Virus record (IMG/VR): IMGVR_UViG_3300043446_005562
Coordinates: 62,001-126,000 of that record
Direction: 5' to 3' (one strand)
DNA: 64,000 nucleotides
Below are positions 1 to 9,087 of the stretch, one piece after another. Position 1 is the stretch's first letter; every line of letters starts with the position of its first letter. The translations under genes and the position numbers were made by a program. Under the pieces are notes generated by a model. That model had not been told where the DNA came from and ran no database searches. It saw nothing but the letters and a program-made list of their open reading frames with translations.

Positions 1-1
1 T

Positions 2-709
2 TTAACGATCAAACGGTTTCTTTAAAGTATTGGTTCCGGCAAGCGGAAGGCCTCTAGCAATAATATCATCAATTGATCTAGTCTTATCTATTCGAGGGTT
101 TGGAGTAGTTGTTTCAGAAGTCGGTACTGGTTCTTCTTCAATTTGGGAGTCAGCTGGTTCCACCTCGTTGGCCGGGTGTTCATACGGAACCTCAACCGGT
201 TCAGTCTTGGCCTCAACCTGCTCGGCTTGAGGCTCATCAGCCTTGGAAAGGGTCGATTCAGCCTCTACTGCAATCTCGCTGGGTTTAATGTAGTCAACTA
301 AAGATTTAATAAAGCCAAGCGCAACAACTGGTAAAATTGCACCGCTGACTATTGAGAGCATTCTCTTTTGATAGATTAACTCCTCATCAACTAGCCCAAA
401 CAATTCAATCCAGCCCTGAAAATCATGCAGGTGAGTGAATGCATAGTAAGTATTACCCATGGCCTGCATTGCGGTTAAGATTATGAAAAGTCCCCAAACA
501 ATGCCCTTGTTCATTTTTTCAAGGGTTATGAGAGACGCAAGAGATGCGGCTGCTCCAACTTCAAATGCAATCGCTAGACTTATGGCCAACCAGGTTGGAT
601 TGGACAACATAAAGAAGTCAATTACGTGAATTGTTGAAATTACTGAAACTAGTAGATAAAGGGTAACAAATGTACCGATTATGAAATAGCCAGTTGCCTT
701 TTTTCCCAT
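2..709 (-). CDS. Hypothetical integral membrane protein (about 4 TM segments, acidic Pro/Glu-rich C-terminal tail)
   Basis: 235-aa ORF with several hydrophobic stretches in the N-terminal half and an E/P-rich tail; TAA stop at 2-4; family not recognised. Confidence 0.7.
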   Translation of the reverse strand: MGKKATGYFIIGTFVTLYLLVSVISTIHVIDFFMLSNPTWLAISLAIAFEVGAAASLASLITLEKMNKGIVWGLFIILTAMQAMGNTYYAFTHLHDFQGWIELFGLVDEELIYQKRMLSIVSGAILPVVALGFIKSLVDYIKPSEIAVEAESTLSKADEPQAEQVEAKTEPVEVPYEHPANEVEPADSQIEEEPVPTSETTTPNPRIDKTRSIDDIIARGLPLAGTNTLKKPFDR

Positions 710-1002
710 TATTTACTTGATTCTAATTTTTTGATCTCGTTATCGATTTCAGTTTGACGATTTACATCAAGAATCTTACGATCGGTCGATTGAATCATAC
801 GCTTCTCGGCCTTTAGTCCCTCAATCTCAAGAAACTTGTTAAGCTCTTTGGTTGTGCATAGCGAATCCAGGTGAGAATTTGTAATTTTTTCCTGTTTTTC
901 AATTTTAGAGATTCGGCTTGAATTGCCGCATTGTTGTACGAATAGGATCAATAACAGACCCAATACAATCTTGTTGAAATGCTTATTTAAGAAATTCATC
1001 AT
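709..1002 (-). CDS. Small membrane-anchored or secreted protein with coiled-coil tendency
   Basis: 97 aa; N-terminal KIVLGLLLILFVQQC hydrophobic segment ending in Cys; ATAAATAA motif upstream. Confidence 0.65.
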   Translation of the reverse strand: MMNFLNKHFNKIVLGLLLILFVQQCGNSSRISKIEKQEKITNSHLDSLCTTKELNKFLEIEGLKAEKRMIQSTDRKILDVNRQTEIDNEIKKLESSK

Positions 1003-1028
1003 TTTTAAAAAGACTTTTTGTTATTTAT

Positions 1029-1535
1029 TTATTTTCGGTTAAAGAAGTTAGTGATAGCCTCTCCGATCTCACGATAGTGTAGTGCACCCTGAGTGATCCA
1101 ATAAATTAAAAAGGCTGCTGCTGTTAACCAAGTAAGAACATAAAAATAGTCCCTAAATTTAGCAGATGGTCGATACTTGATTTGAATGAGATAGGCGTAA
1201 TAGTCTTCGGTTTTGATTCGCTCGGTCTTGGCCTCAATCAATTCACCAAGCTCAGCCTTTTCAAAAATTGGTTTTCTTAGACCCAGTGACTCAAAAACTC
1301 GGCTTCTTTCCAACTCTAAAGCATCAGCTCCGGCCATTAGGGTCTCGGGCTCTAAATTGAGAATGTAATAGGCTCGGGATCTCATATCGAGTCTCATGCT
1401 AAGCTGTTTTAGAGAACCGTCATTTTTTAATTTTTTGACCTGCGATTTATAAAATCTGTGATTAACAATATTTCTTACGCACCTGACTAGGGTCTCGTAA
1501 AACGTAATGGGATTAAGTAGATTAAGTATTTCCAT
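1029..1535 (-). CDS. Hypothetical protein with a single C-terminal TM helix (anti-sigma-like topology)
   Basis: 168 aa; soluble N-terminal ~130 aa then FYVLTWLTAAAFLIYWI; starts 2 nt after the sigma factor stop. Confidence 0.6.
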   Translation of the reverse strand: MEILNLLNPITFYETLVRCVRNIVNHRFYKSQVKKLKNDGSLKQLSMRLDMRSRAYYILNLEPETLMAGADALELERSRVFESLGLRKPIFEKAELGELIEAKTERIKTEDYYAYLIQIKYRPSAKFRDYFYVLTWLTAAAFLIYWITQGALHYREIGEAITNFFNRK

Positions 1536-1537
1536 AA

Positions 1538-2164
1538 TTAAAAGTATTGTTCTAAATTATCTTTCATTTGCGGATTTTTCTCCAGCACCCGGTCCCTAAC
1601 CATTTTTCTGGCTTTGCGAATTTTGGTCTTGACTGTATTGAGATTCATGCTGTATTTTTCAGCAATTTCATTGCCTTTCATTGAATGAATCTCCTTGTCA
1701 ATTAGGATGGACTTTTCAATGCACTCAGGTAAATCAGCCATCTCCATTTGAGTCATTGTGTAGAGAGAATCAAGATAGAGTTCCTTTTCAAAATTAAAGG
1801 CTGAATCATCCTCAATCGCAGGCGGTGTCAACATATTATCCAAACGAACTGCCCATTGTTTTTGAAGCTTATGTTTGTGTAGTAGAGATTCGTTCTTGGC
1901 AATCGTATAGATCCAGGTCGTGAATCTAAAGTTGTCGTTGTACGATGAGATTCCCTTGAATATTTTAAAAAGAGTGTTGTGTAGCACCTCGTCAGTCTCG
2001 TCTTGATCGTTAAAGAACTTCCAAATAAAATACTTTAATTTTGGATACATGATTGAGGCTAATCGATTGCGATCGCGTTCAGTGTACTCTCCACTCTTGA
2101 TTTTTTCAGCTAGGGATTGCATTTCATCGTTTAGCTGTCTGTTGATTAAGTCGTATGACGTCAT
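1538..2164 (-). CDS. ECF-type (sigma-70 family) RNA polymerase sigma factor
   Basis: Region-2-like DEVLHNTLFKIF...FRFTTWIYTIAKN and region-4 HTH-like EIAEKYSMNLNTVKTKIRKARK. Confidence 0.88.
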   Translation of the reverse strand: MTSYDLINRQLNDEMQSLAEKIKSGEYTERDRNRLASIMYPKLKYFIWKFFNDQDETDEVLHNTLFKIFKGISSYNDNFRFTTWIYTIAKNESLLHKHKLQKQWAVRLDNMLTPPAIEDDSAFNFEKELYLDSLYTMTQMEMADLPECIEKSILIDKEIHSMKGNEIAEKYSMNLNTVKTKIRKARKMVRDRVLEKNPQMKDNLEQYF

Positions 2165-2171
2165 TTATTTT

Positions 2172-2894
2172 TTAGTTAAAGAATTTATGATTTGGGTTTT
2201 CATCTTTCCATTTTTCGTATCGTTCGGTAATCTGTATTAGAATACGGTTGCGAACAATATCTTCATCTCCGAATTTGTGTATCGATATGCCTTGAATGCC
2301 AGTCATCAATTTTATAAAATCAGGTAGAGCTACTTTACTCTTATTAATATCATATTGGCTTACGTCGCCGCAAATTAATGTTTTAGAGTCCTTACCCATT
2401 CTGGTCAAAAAGAGCATAAGCTGTTTGAAATCAGCATTTTGAGCCTCATCAAGTATCATTAGACAATTATCAAAGGTAGCGCCTCTCATATAGGCAAGAG
2501 GTCTAAATTCAATAACGCCAGCTCCTTCGAGCCAGTTAACAAGATTTGGATCATGTAATATCTTTACCAAATTTGATCGATAACTTTCCATGAATGGATC
2601 AATCTTATCCTTGATTTCACCGGGTAAAAATCCCAGTTTTTCGCCGGACTCTTGAATCGGCTTGGATAGGATGATCTTTTTTATTTTACCTGAAATATAG
2701 AGATTTAGCGCAGCTAGACATGCAGTAAACGTTTTGCTTGTGCCGGCTGGTCCATAGCAAAATGTGATTTCGCTAGAGAGTATTCGATTTAGGTATGCCT
2801 GTTGAGAAGGCTTGAGTGAGATTGGACGTATGTCCTTTTCAGTAATTTCAGTAACTGTGCGTTGAGTTTTCCTAGAGGATTTGTTACTTGGCAT
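2172..2894 (-). CDS. phoH: PhoH-like ATPase
   Basis: GPAGTSKT Walker A, LGFLPG, RGATF, ILDEAQN and GDVSQYD motifs. Confidence 0.95.
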   Translation of the reverse strand: MPSNKSSRKTQRTVTEITEKDIRPISLKPSQQAYLNRILSSEITFCYGPAGTSKTFTACLAALNLYISGKIKKIILSKPIQESGEKLGFLPGEIKDKIDPFMESYRSNLVKILHDPNLVNWLEGAGVIEFRPLAYMRGATFDNCLMILDEAQNADFKQLMLFLTRMGKDSKTLICGDVSQYDINKSKVALPDFIKLMTGIQGISIHKFGDEDIVRNRILIQITERYEKWKDENPNHKFFN

Positions 2895-3183
2895 TGCGTT
2901 TTGTTTTTTTAATTGGCGTTGTTATTTTAACCTGCAGAGTTTTACAGAATTGGCAGGCTTCATAATCTTCGACCTGTTCAAATAGAGCCAGTGCTTTATC
3001 CAGACAGGTTGGCCAGTCTTCTCGATTCGCAATCACGTCCAAGTTTTCGTCCATTATTCTTAATTTCTTAATGTAGATTCTTGGCGCGCCCTTTTTATGA
3101 GCTTTATCGATTGCATCGACTATTTTTGAAAAAATCTCGTGTTTGTTATCTAGATAATCCTTTATTTCGGTTGGGCTTTTCAT
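2884..3183 (-). CDS. Hypothetical protein, possible UVR-like helical hairpin at the C-terminus
   Basis: 99 aa; ALALFEQVEDYEAC resembles the UvrB/UvrC 'EDYE.A' motif; sits between terL and phoH. Confidence 0.55.
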   Translation of the reverse strand: MKSPTEIKDYLDNKHEIFSKIVDAIDKAHKKGAPRIYIKKLRIMDENLDVIANREDWPTCLDKALALFEQVEDYEACQFCKTLQVKITTPIKKTKRNAK

Positions 3184-5130
3184 TTAGGTATTTCCATAGA
3201 ATTTTTGCAAAGTCTCCCTATAATAATCCACGTACTCCTGATCAGCCTGTCTGGTTGTACCAGCTCGTTTTGCAAGATTCGACTGATTTAGATTGCGTAG
3301 AGTTTCAAAATCGTACTTTGAATCTTTTGTTAAATATACTTCATTTAATAACTTTGAGTAGACCTCGGCCAAATATTCCTTTGGTTGATTGTCGATTTCC
3401 TCATTTGCAATTTCCCAAAAATTAGGTGATTCAAAAAAGGCAGAAGTATTAACACATGTCATGGCTAAATCGTCATTACCGCTCTGGCTTCGATAGGATC
3501 CGTTTGAGGATTTACCAAAGGAGCCAAGCTCATGAATTGTCTTGAATTCATTTGGCAAAATTTTATTGACTGCCGCAAGATACTTGAATCTTTCGCAGAA
3601 TTTTATCTTATTGGTCATGGTCAGTTTTAAACCAGGCTTCCAACCCTGAGCGGCTTCAGTATGTTTTGAAAAGACGAGCATGCCGTTCCAATAGGCTTCG
3701 TTTTTCATGATCTTATCCATTACGTACTCGCCCTTGTGGTTTAACTCAATCAACATTCTAACCTTTTCCGGATTAAAAACGTTAAAGATGATGTGCTCTA
3801 GAGAATTGCAGAACTCATTAATGTCTTTCTTATTGGTTCTAAATGTTGCAACCTGCACAAGTGCAAAAATATCGGTTTCATTCTTGATAAAGTCTTTCAC
3901 CTGCTCCAGCATTTTTATGGGTAGAGCAACAAACTTGAATACATTGACAACCGAATAGTCTCGACTCAGGCCATCCGCTGTATCGACCGAGATAACGTAA
4001 TAATTGGGATCGGCTTTAATGTCATCTGGTGATAACTTGTTAAAGTTTGGATGAACCGAAAATCCGTCCAATATGTCTAATCTATCCGGGGTTTGGGCCC
4101 ATTCTGGGATGAGATAGTCAGTCCTGAGATTGAATATTTTTTTAAGATCCTTGGACGGCAATAGCAGCTTATCAGATGAAAAGAACTGGAGCCCATATTC
4201 CTGATTGAAATCTTCCTCTGATCCCAAGTTGGCAATCGTCATCTTCTTCCATTCATCGTCACGGCCAGGTACCTGCCACCAGTCAACCCTAAGCGGCACA
4301 TAGGCGTTCTTTTGTTCAAGCGCATCCATGTAGATCTCATAAAAACGGTTCATTCCGTTCGGCGTGGATGTGATGATAATTTTTGAATTGGTTGAGGCTG
4401 AAATTGTCGGATAGATTGCTCGATAAAAGAAATCCAGATAGGATGGATTGATGTGCGCAAATTCGTCAATATAGAGTACGTGAATCGTAAAACCAATACC
4501 CGTGTTTTTGGTGGTAGTACGCCCAATCAAGCGACAGCCGTTGTCGAACTTCATTGACATTACGTTATTTGAAATACAGCCAGGTTTTAAAAAGAATGGC
4601 AGATTCTCAAATACTGATTTGATTTTATCCAATACCTCTTTGGTCGTGGATGCAATGTTTGCAACAGCTAACACATTTTTATCAGTGTGAAATATGAGAT
4701 ACCAGGCAATGAATACGCCTGACATGACAGTCTTTCCAATTTGTCGACTTGCCATTAGACAATTGAATCGATTGTTCTTAAAGGACCTAATGATCTCTTC
4801 TTGATAATCACGCAGTTTGATCTGTTGAATTCCGTCCTCGGTCATTACCTGCGCGTACTTACTTGCAAAATAGACTGGATCGGCCTTACATCGCTTGATT
4901 TCCTCAAGCTCCTCCGGCGTGTATTCAAAAACAATATTGGCTTTTTTCCAAACAGGATCATTGTCTTTGAACGGCGAATTTTTGATTGTTTTAATATCAA
5001 TCAAACCATTCTCAAAATCAGCCAATAGCTGATCGACTTTTGCGGTGGTCCAAATTGCACTATTCTCTTGATCAAGATTGGATAGCTTGATTCTAGAAGC
5101 TCCACCTGCATTGGTTAAGAAATCTTTCAT
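3184..5130 (-). CDS. terL: Terminase large subunit (T4 gp17-like)
   Basis: RQIGKT Walker A, YIDEFAH Walker B, STPNGMN coupling motif, VDTADG and NDDLAM nuclease aspartates. Confidence 0.95.
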   Translation of the reverse strand: MKDFLTNAGGASRIKLSNLDQENSAIWTTAKVDQLLADFENGLIDIKTIKNSPFKDNDPVWKKANIVFEYTPEELEEIKRCKADPVYFASKYAQVMTEDGIQQIKLRDYQEEIIRSFKNNRFNCLMASRQIGKTVMSGVFIAWYLIFHTDKNVLAVANIASTTKEVLDKIKSVFENLPFFLKPGCISNNVMSMKFDNGCRLIGRTTTKNTGIGFTIHVLYIDEFAHINPSYLDFFYRAIYPTISASTNSKIIITSTPNGMNRFYEIYMDALEQKNAYVPLRVDWWQVPGRDDEWKKMTIANLGSEEDFNQEYGLQFFSSDKLLLPSKDLKKIFNLRTDYLIPEWAQTPDRLDILDGFSVHPNFNKLSPDDIKADPNYYVISVDTADGLSRDYSVVNVFKFVALPIKMLEQVKDFIKNETDIFALVQVATFRTNKKDINEFCNSLEHIIFNVFNPEKVRMLIELNHKGEYVMDKIMKNEAYWNGMLVFSKHTEAAQGWKPGLKLTMTNKIKFCERFKYLAAVNKILPNEFKTIHELGSFGKSSNGSYRSQSGNDDLAMTCVNTSAFFESPNFWEIANEEIDNQPKEYLAEVYSKLLNEVYLTKDSKYDFETLRNLNQSNLAKRAGTTRQADQEYVDYYRETLQKFYGNT

Positions 5131-5864
5131 ATTAGCGAGTTAACATCATCCGAAAAATCCTCTTGCGATTCCTCGGGCTGAATTACATCGGTAAGGCCAC
5201 GTTCGTGCATTACCTCGGTCTTTTTTCCAGGATGAGTCAGATGACGTGAGTCGTCCTCATCTTCAACCTCTTCAGCAGTTATCTCTTTAATTAAATTTTT
5301 TGTGCCGGCTGTGATGTAGTAATCGTTAGCTGATGCCAATAATGGAGTGACTGAACCGGTGCCGCCGGTCGCGCGCTGTTCAATTTCACCGTGCATCTTT
5401 TTGTAAGTATCCTCAAGAAATAGAATATAATTTGCTTGGGTCTTGATCACCGTTGTTAATTTATCTTGCAGCTGTCCAAAAACCTCAAACAGGCGAGGAT
5501 GAGCGTTGCCTTGATTAATCTCTTCTGCAATTTTTTCAATAGCCATTCGAATTGTCTTTAATTGAAAGAAGATATTTTGAATATTTGTGTTGTCTAGTTG
5601 CTGCTTTTGTTTTAGATAGTCGTGCTTGTCTAGCACACCAAGATCTACGTAAAATTTAAGCATTGAGCCGGTAATGTCCTTGGCCTGTTTTTCAAACTGT
5701 GCGTTCATTTCAACAAAATCCAACGGTGGAGCCGCTGCAATTTCACCAAGCTGCTCATCTACAATATCGTCATCGCCGTTTGGTCCGGCTGAATAGCCTC
5801 TAAGTAGATCCTCAAGTTCACTTTTGATTTGGGCCTTCTTTTCCTTGTTGAATACTTGACTCAT
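5127..5864 (-). CDS. Probable terminase small subunit (T4 gp16-like)
   Basis: HPRLFEVFGQL resembles the HPRAYEV.GQL motif of T4-like gp16; its stop overlaps the terL start (ATGA). Confidence 0.6.
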   Translation of the reverse strand: MSQVFNKEKKAQIKSELEDLLRGYSAGPNGDDDIVDEQLGEIAAAPPLDFVEMNAQFEKQAKDITGSMLKFYVDLGVLDKHDYLKQKQQLDNTNIQNIFFQLKTIRMAIEKIAEEINQGNAHPRLFEVFGQLQDKLTTVIKTQANYILFLEDTYKKMHGEIEQRATGGTGSVTPLLASANDYYITAGTKNLIKEITAEEVEDEDDSRHLTHPGKKTEVMHERGLTDVIQPEESQEDFSDDVNSLI

Positions 5865-5871
5865 ATAATTA

Positions 5872-6117
5872 TTAGTTTAATCGATTTTCGTTCTTGTCAA
5901 GAGCCGGGTTTGCAAATATCTTGATCTGTTTCACAGCCTCAATGTGTTCATAAATATAGGTTTCAATGTAACCCATGAAACTGTCTAATACAGGGTTTGC
6001 ATCAAACATTTGATTAGACAGAGTTCTTTTTAATAGACTGCCCTTGTATTTAAAACCTAGGTGTAAGCGTCGGTCCTTTCGATTGTAGATTGTCCAATAG
6101 AGAGAATTTCTTATCAT
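5872..6117 (-). CDS. Small hypothetical protein, possibly baseplate-associated
   Basis: 81 aa; start overlaps the stop of the baseplate wedge gene. Confidence 0.55.
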   Translation of the reverse strand: MIRNSLYWTIYNRKDRRLHLGFKYKGSLLKRTLSNQMFDANPVLDSFMGYIETYIYEHIEAVKQIKIFANPALDKNENRLN

Positions 6118-7802
6118 GATAAAAGTCCTAATTTTTTACGAATTGACTTGTCCGGTTTTATTTCAATATTTAATGCGCTCAGCGTGCTATCTGAAATCCC
6201 AGCCTGATAGGCATTACCGCTACGATCTGTCCAACCTCCTCTAATTACTGGAAATTCAGACGGCTTAATAATAATATCGTTAAATTCATCCAGCCCAACC
6301 CGTTTGGTTTCGTCCCGATTTGGATTGTCCTTAAAGGCTTTTTCGTTCAGTTCTGACAGAATGGCCACGCTAACAGAATCGACTCCGTTTATCTCTTCAA
6401 TGATTTTAATTAAATCGCTCTTTGGCACACGGTCATTACGATTAAGTTTTATAAAGTAATTACCGACCGCGTCTGCAATATCCGATTTAATAATATCGGT
6501 TGCAACATCGTCAAATGCAACAACGCTGACGTTTAAAACATAGCGAGTAATTATGGGATCCAATAGATTAATCTCGGATGAAATCATCTTGGTACCAGAT
6601 TTTTCAATGTATTTTAAAAGTTCTTTCTTTTGAAACTCCGTCAATTTGAATTTGGTTAGAGATAGTTTAAAGTAGTCAGTGCCGGTTTTAAATAATTTAG
6701 AGACGTCCGGTACCAGAAATAGATTGATCATGCGAGAATCAAGTTCATCCAAAAATACTCTAACCGTTGAGAACATCTGCATTTTATGTAGCAGCACTTC
6801 ATAATTATCAACGTTAACGAGCGCAAAATTCTTTGAGGCTTTTGGCGCAATCAATCTGGTCAATTCAATCTCTTCCGGATCAACTCCAAAACTCGGTGGA
6901 CTTATTGTAAAAATATCAAAATACTCGTTCATATTGACCTCTTCGCCGATTGGAGAAAAGGCTGTTTCCGCGAATGTGAATTGAACTTGGCTTGCACTAT
7001 CGACCAAAACATTACCGCCAGCCCCTTCTGATACAAGATACTCGACGATTATTTCGGATCCAGCTGGTGGAATTTTACCAAATGAACCGTTTCCAAAATA
7101 AATGTCCAGACCGTTTGTTATGCCGGTTTTGGCAATAAAACCTTTACCACCGCGTGGAATGTCCAATAGCGAATCGTATTTTGTCCATTGTTCGCCATTA
7201 ACGTACACGTTAACTCGGAAATGATCAATGTAGTAGTTATATGGATGGCCTAACTGATAGCTCTCCAGCGGCTGACCCTTACCAGTAAATGTTTGGGATT
7301 CAATTTGACCCTGGCGCAAGTTAAAAATTGCAACAGTTTCATCGCCAGTTAAGTTTAGTCTAATCTCGTCCTGTGGTAATTCAATGACGTAGGTTAGGTT
7401 ATTATTGGAACAGGTTAATTTAAAAAGATCGTTAAGTAGAACCTTTGTTGCCGGTGGATTAATATTGGGTTTTCTAACTATTCTAATTTGAGAGGTTGCA
7501 CCGATTGCTCGACTTGGATTGTGACCTGCTAAACTTGCTAATGAATAGATTGAAGAAGGCCGAGTTGCCTCGTTAATGTTAAGTTCGGTGATTGAGTCCT
7601 CAATGTAATAAAAAATTAACTGACTTAAATTTTCAAAAACAATTAGTAATTGACCAAATGGCGAAGATGCCGTGAATATGGTCTTTGCCTGCTTGAATCT
7701 TTCCTGTAGAAATGTGATTGTCTCTCCAAGAATATCATTTATTCGGATTTTTAAGCTGGTAAAAAGCCTAAGGGAAGTATTTTGACTTGATAAATTGGCC
7801 AT
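6114..7802 (-). CDS. Baseplate wedge subunit (T4 gp6 / baseplate J-like)
   Basis: SIYSLASLAGHNP, IYFGNGSFGKIP, IVEYLVSEG.GGN and ALVNVDNYE motifs typical of gp6. Confidence 0.85.
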   Translation of the reverse strand: MANLSSQNTSLRLFTSLKIRINDILGETITFLQERFKQAKTIFTASSPFGQLLIVFENLSQLIFYYIEDSITELNINEATRPSSIYSLASLAGHNPSRAIGATSQIRIVRKPNINPPATKVLLNDLFKLTCSNNNLTYVIELPQDEIRLNLTGDETVAIFNLRQGQIESQTFTGKGQPLESYQLGHPYNYYIDHFRVNVYVNGEQWTKYDSLLDIPRGGKGFIAKTGITNGLDIYFGNGSFGKIPPAGSEIIVEYLVSEGAGGNVLVDSASQVQFTFAETAFSPIGEEVNMNEYFDIFTISPPSFGVDPEEIELTRLIAPKASKNFALVNVDNYEVLLHKMQMFSTVRVFLDELDSRMINLFLVPDVSKLFKTGTDYFKLSLTKFKLTEFQKKELLKYIEKSGTKMISSEINLLDPIITRYVLNVSVVAFDDVATDIIKSDIADAVGNYFIKLNRNDRVPKSDLIKIIEEINGVDSVSVAILSELNEKAFKDNPNRDETKRVGLDEFNDIIIKPSEFPVIRGGWTDRSGNAYQAGISDSTLSALNIEIKPDKSIRKKLGLLS

Positions 7803-7823
7803 TATTAACGGACTTCTTTTTGA

Positions 7824-7832
7824 TTATTTATC
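7824..7832 (-). promoter_or_regulatory. Putative T4-like late promoter (GATAAATAA) for the baseplate/terminase operon
   Basis: Motif 21 nt upstream of the ATG at 7802; recurs before about 11 genes. Confidence 0.55.
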
Positions 7833-7867
7833 AGTCCAATCTTTTCTTTAGAGAAACCGTGACCTTG

Positions 7868-7876
7868 GATAAATAC
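7868..7876 (+). promoter_or_regulatory. Putative late promoter (GATAAATAC) for the tmRNA
   Basis: Motif 27 nt upstream of the tmRNA 5' end; divergent from the motif at 7824. Confidence 0.5.
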
Positions 7877-7903
7877 TTTTAGTACAATACTTTTATACTA
7901 CAT

Positions 7904-8272
7904 GGGGGTGCTTGGATTTGACGTGGGCAGTTTAAGTACGCTCGCATGCCGAGGAAGATGCTAAGACTCGTTAAAACGTATCGAAACGATAAGTGGCAAC
8001 ACTACCTTCTGGAGTCTTGTTAACGAGAACGTTAACGCTCCTGTCGCAGAAGAGCTCCTAGCAGCCTAAGCGACCAAGCGGCAACTGCTTGACTAAAACA
8101 AAGTTGCAAAACCAGCATGGCGTGACGGCCAAGTCGAACCGTCACCGACTTTTTGCCCCAAGTCGTTAAAGAACGGGATAGTTTGTCCAGTTAGAAAACG
8201 GGACCAAGCATGTGAACGAGGGCCTATTTAAGGGTCAAACGGACGAGGGTTCGACTCCCTCCACCTCCACCA
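7904..8272 (+). ncRNA. ssrA: Transfer-messenger RNA (tmRNA)
   Basis: 5' GGGGGTG pairs with 3' CACCTCC including a G3:U wobble, followed by A-CCA; 5' GGATTTGAC; T-arm GAGGGTTCGACTCCCTC; tag ORF 7995-8069 ends in LAA-stop. Confidence 0.96.
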
Positions 8273-8278
8273 AAGGTT

Positions 8279-8307
8279 AAGGGCTCTTCGGAGCCCTTTT
8301 TCTTTTT
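8279..8307 (+). terminator. Rho-independent terminator after tmRNA
   Basis: AAGGGCTC-TTCG-GAGCCCTT hairpin followed by a T-rich run. Confidence 0.9.
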
Positions 8308-8320
8308 AATTTTCCGGGCT

Positions 8321-8329
8321 GATAAATAA
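8321..8329 (+). promoter_or_regulatory. Putative late promoter (GATAAATAA)
   Basis: Lies just after the terminator and 5 nt before the ATG at 8335. Confidence 0.55.
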
Positions 8330-8334
8330 ACAAT

Positions 8335-9087
8335 ATGAAAGCTTTAAACACGGACGACATTTTTCTCAGAAATTTAACGATTGCTCTGCTTGATCTGCTA
8401 AACGGCTCAATGAATATTACCTTGTCTCGAGAAGATCACAAGGAGACTTTCACGGTTCCATTTCTCTACAATTTTGGAACGGACGAGGGTTTCTTAAAGG
8501 ATTTTTACATAGGCCTACCCGACAACTGTCAAATTCCAGTCGCGGAAGGTACTTACGATATTATTCCAAGGGGCATAGTTACGCTTAGCTCCTTTCAGGT
8601 AAAATCGTCAGATATTACAAATCGATTCGTTAGAGGTCAGTATGCCGAGCCTGAGAGGGGAGACAATGATCAGAACGTTCTCACAGGCTATTCGGCTCAA
8701 CTCTATTCTCTACCAATGTCGGTTAAATTTGATGTAAAAATCATTTGCGATAATTTAAACAAGGCTTTTAAAATCGCTGAGAGAATGCTAGACATTAACT
8801 ATGCAAATCGAGTGATGTATTTTCAATACAATGGTGTTAGAATCCCGGCGCAATTTCAGTTTCCAACCAATGAAACCATTGATAAAACTTACAAATTCAC
8901 GCTGGTTGAAAACAATAAACTAAATGTTAGCCTTTCAATCGACGTTGAGACCTACTTTCCGAGTTTTGAACAAAGCTCAAAAAGAAAGAGCACAAATGTT
9001 ATTGAGAGATTTAATTACACTAAAAAGGATGCGGGCGGCACAATTATGACATCGGGTTGGGTTGACCAAAATACAAAAGTTGACTAA
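8335..9087 (+). CDS. Tail sheath stabiliser / tail completion protein (T4 gp15-like)
   Basis: N-terminal F...LRNLTIALLDLLN, 'TVPFLYN', and later 'LPMSVKFDVKI' pattern resemble gp15. Confidence 0.7.
   Translation: MKALNTDDIFLRNLTIALLDLLNGSMNITLSREDHKETFTVPFLYNFGTDEGFLKDFYIGLPDNCQIPVAEGTYDIIPRGIVTLSSFQVKSSDITNRFVRGQYAEPERGDNDQNVLTGYSAQLYSLPMSVKFDVKIICDNLNKAFKIAERMLDINYANRVMYFQYNGVRIPAQFQFPTNETIDKTYKFTLVENNKLNVSLSIDVETYFPSFEQSSKRKSTNVIERFNYTKKDAGGTIMTSGWVDQNTKVD

Noticed and set aside
3184-5130. Intein or intron in the terminase or other core genes
   Set aside because: Motif spacing is normal, with no C/S...HN intein ends or homing-endonuclease motifs seen.
8240-8272. A separate tRNA gene suggested by GGTTCGACTCC...CCA
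   Set aside because: This is the T-arm and acceptor end of the tmRNA. There is no anticodon arm, and it pairs with the 5' end at 7904.
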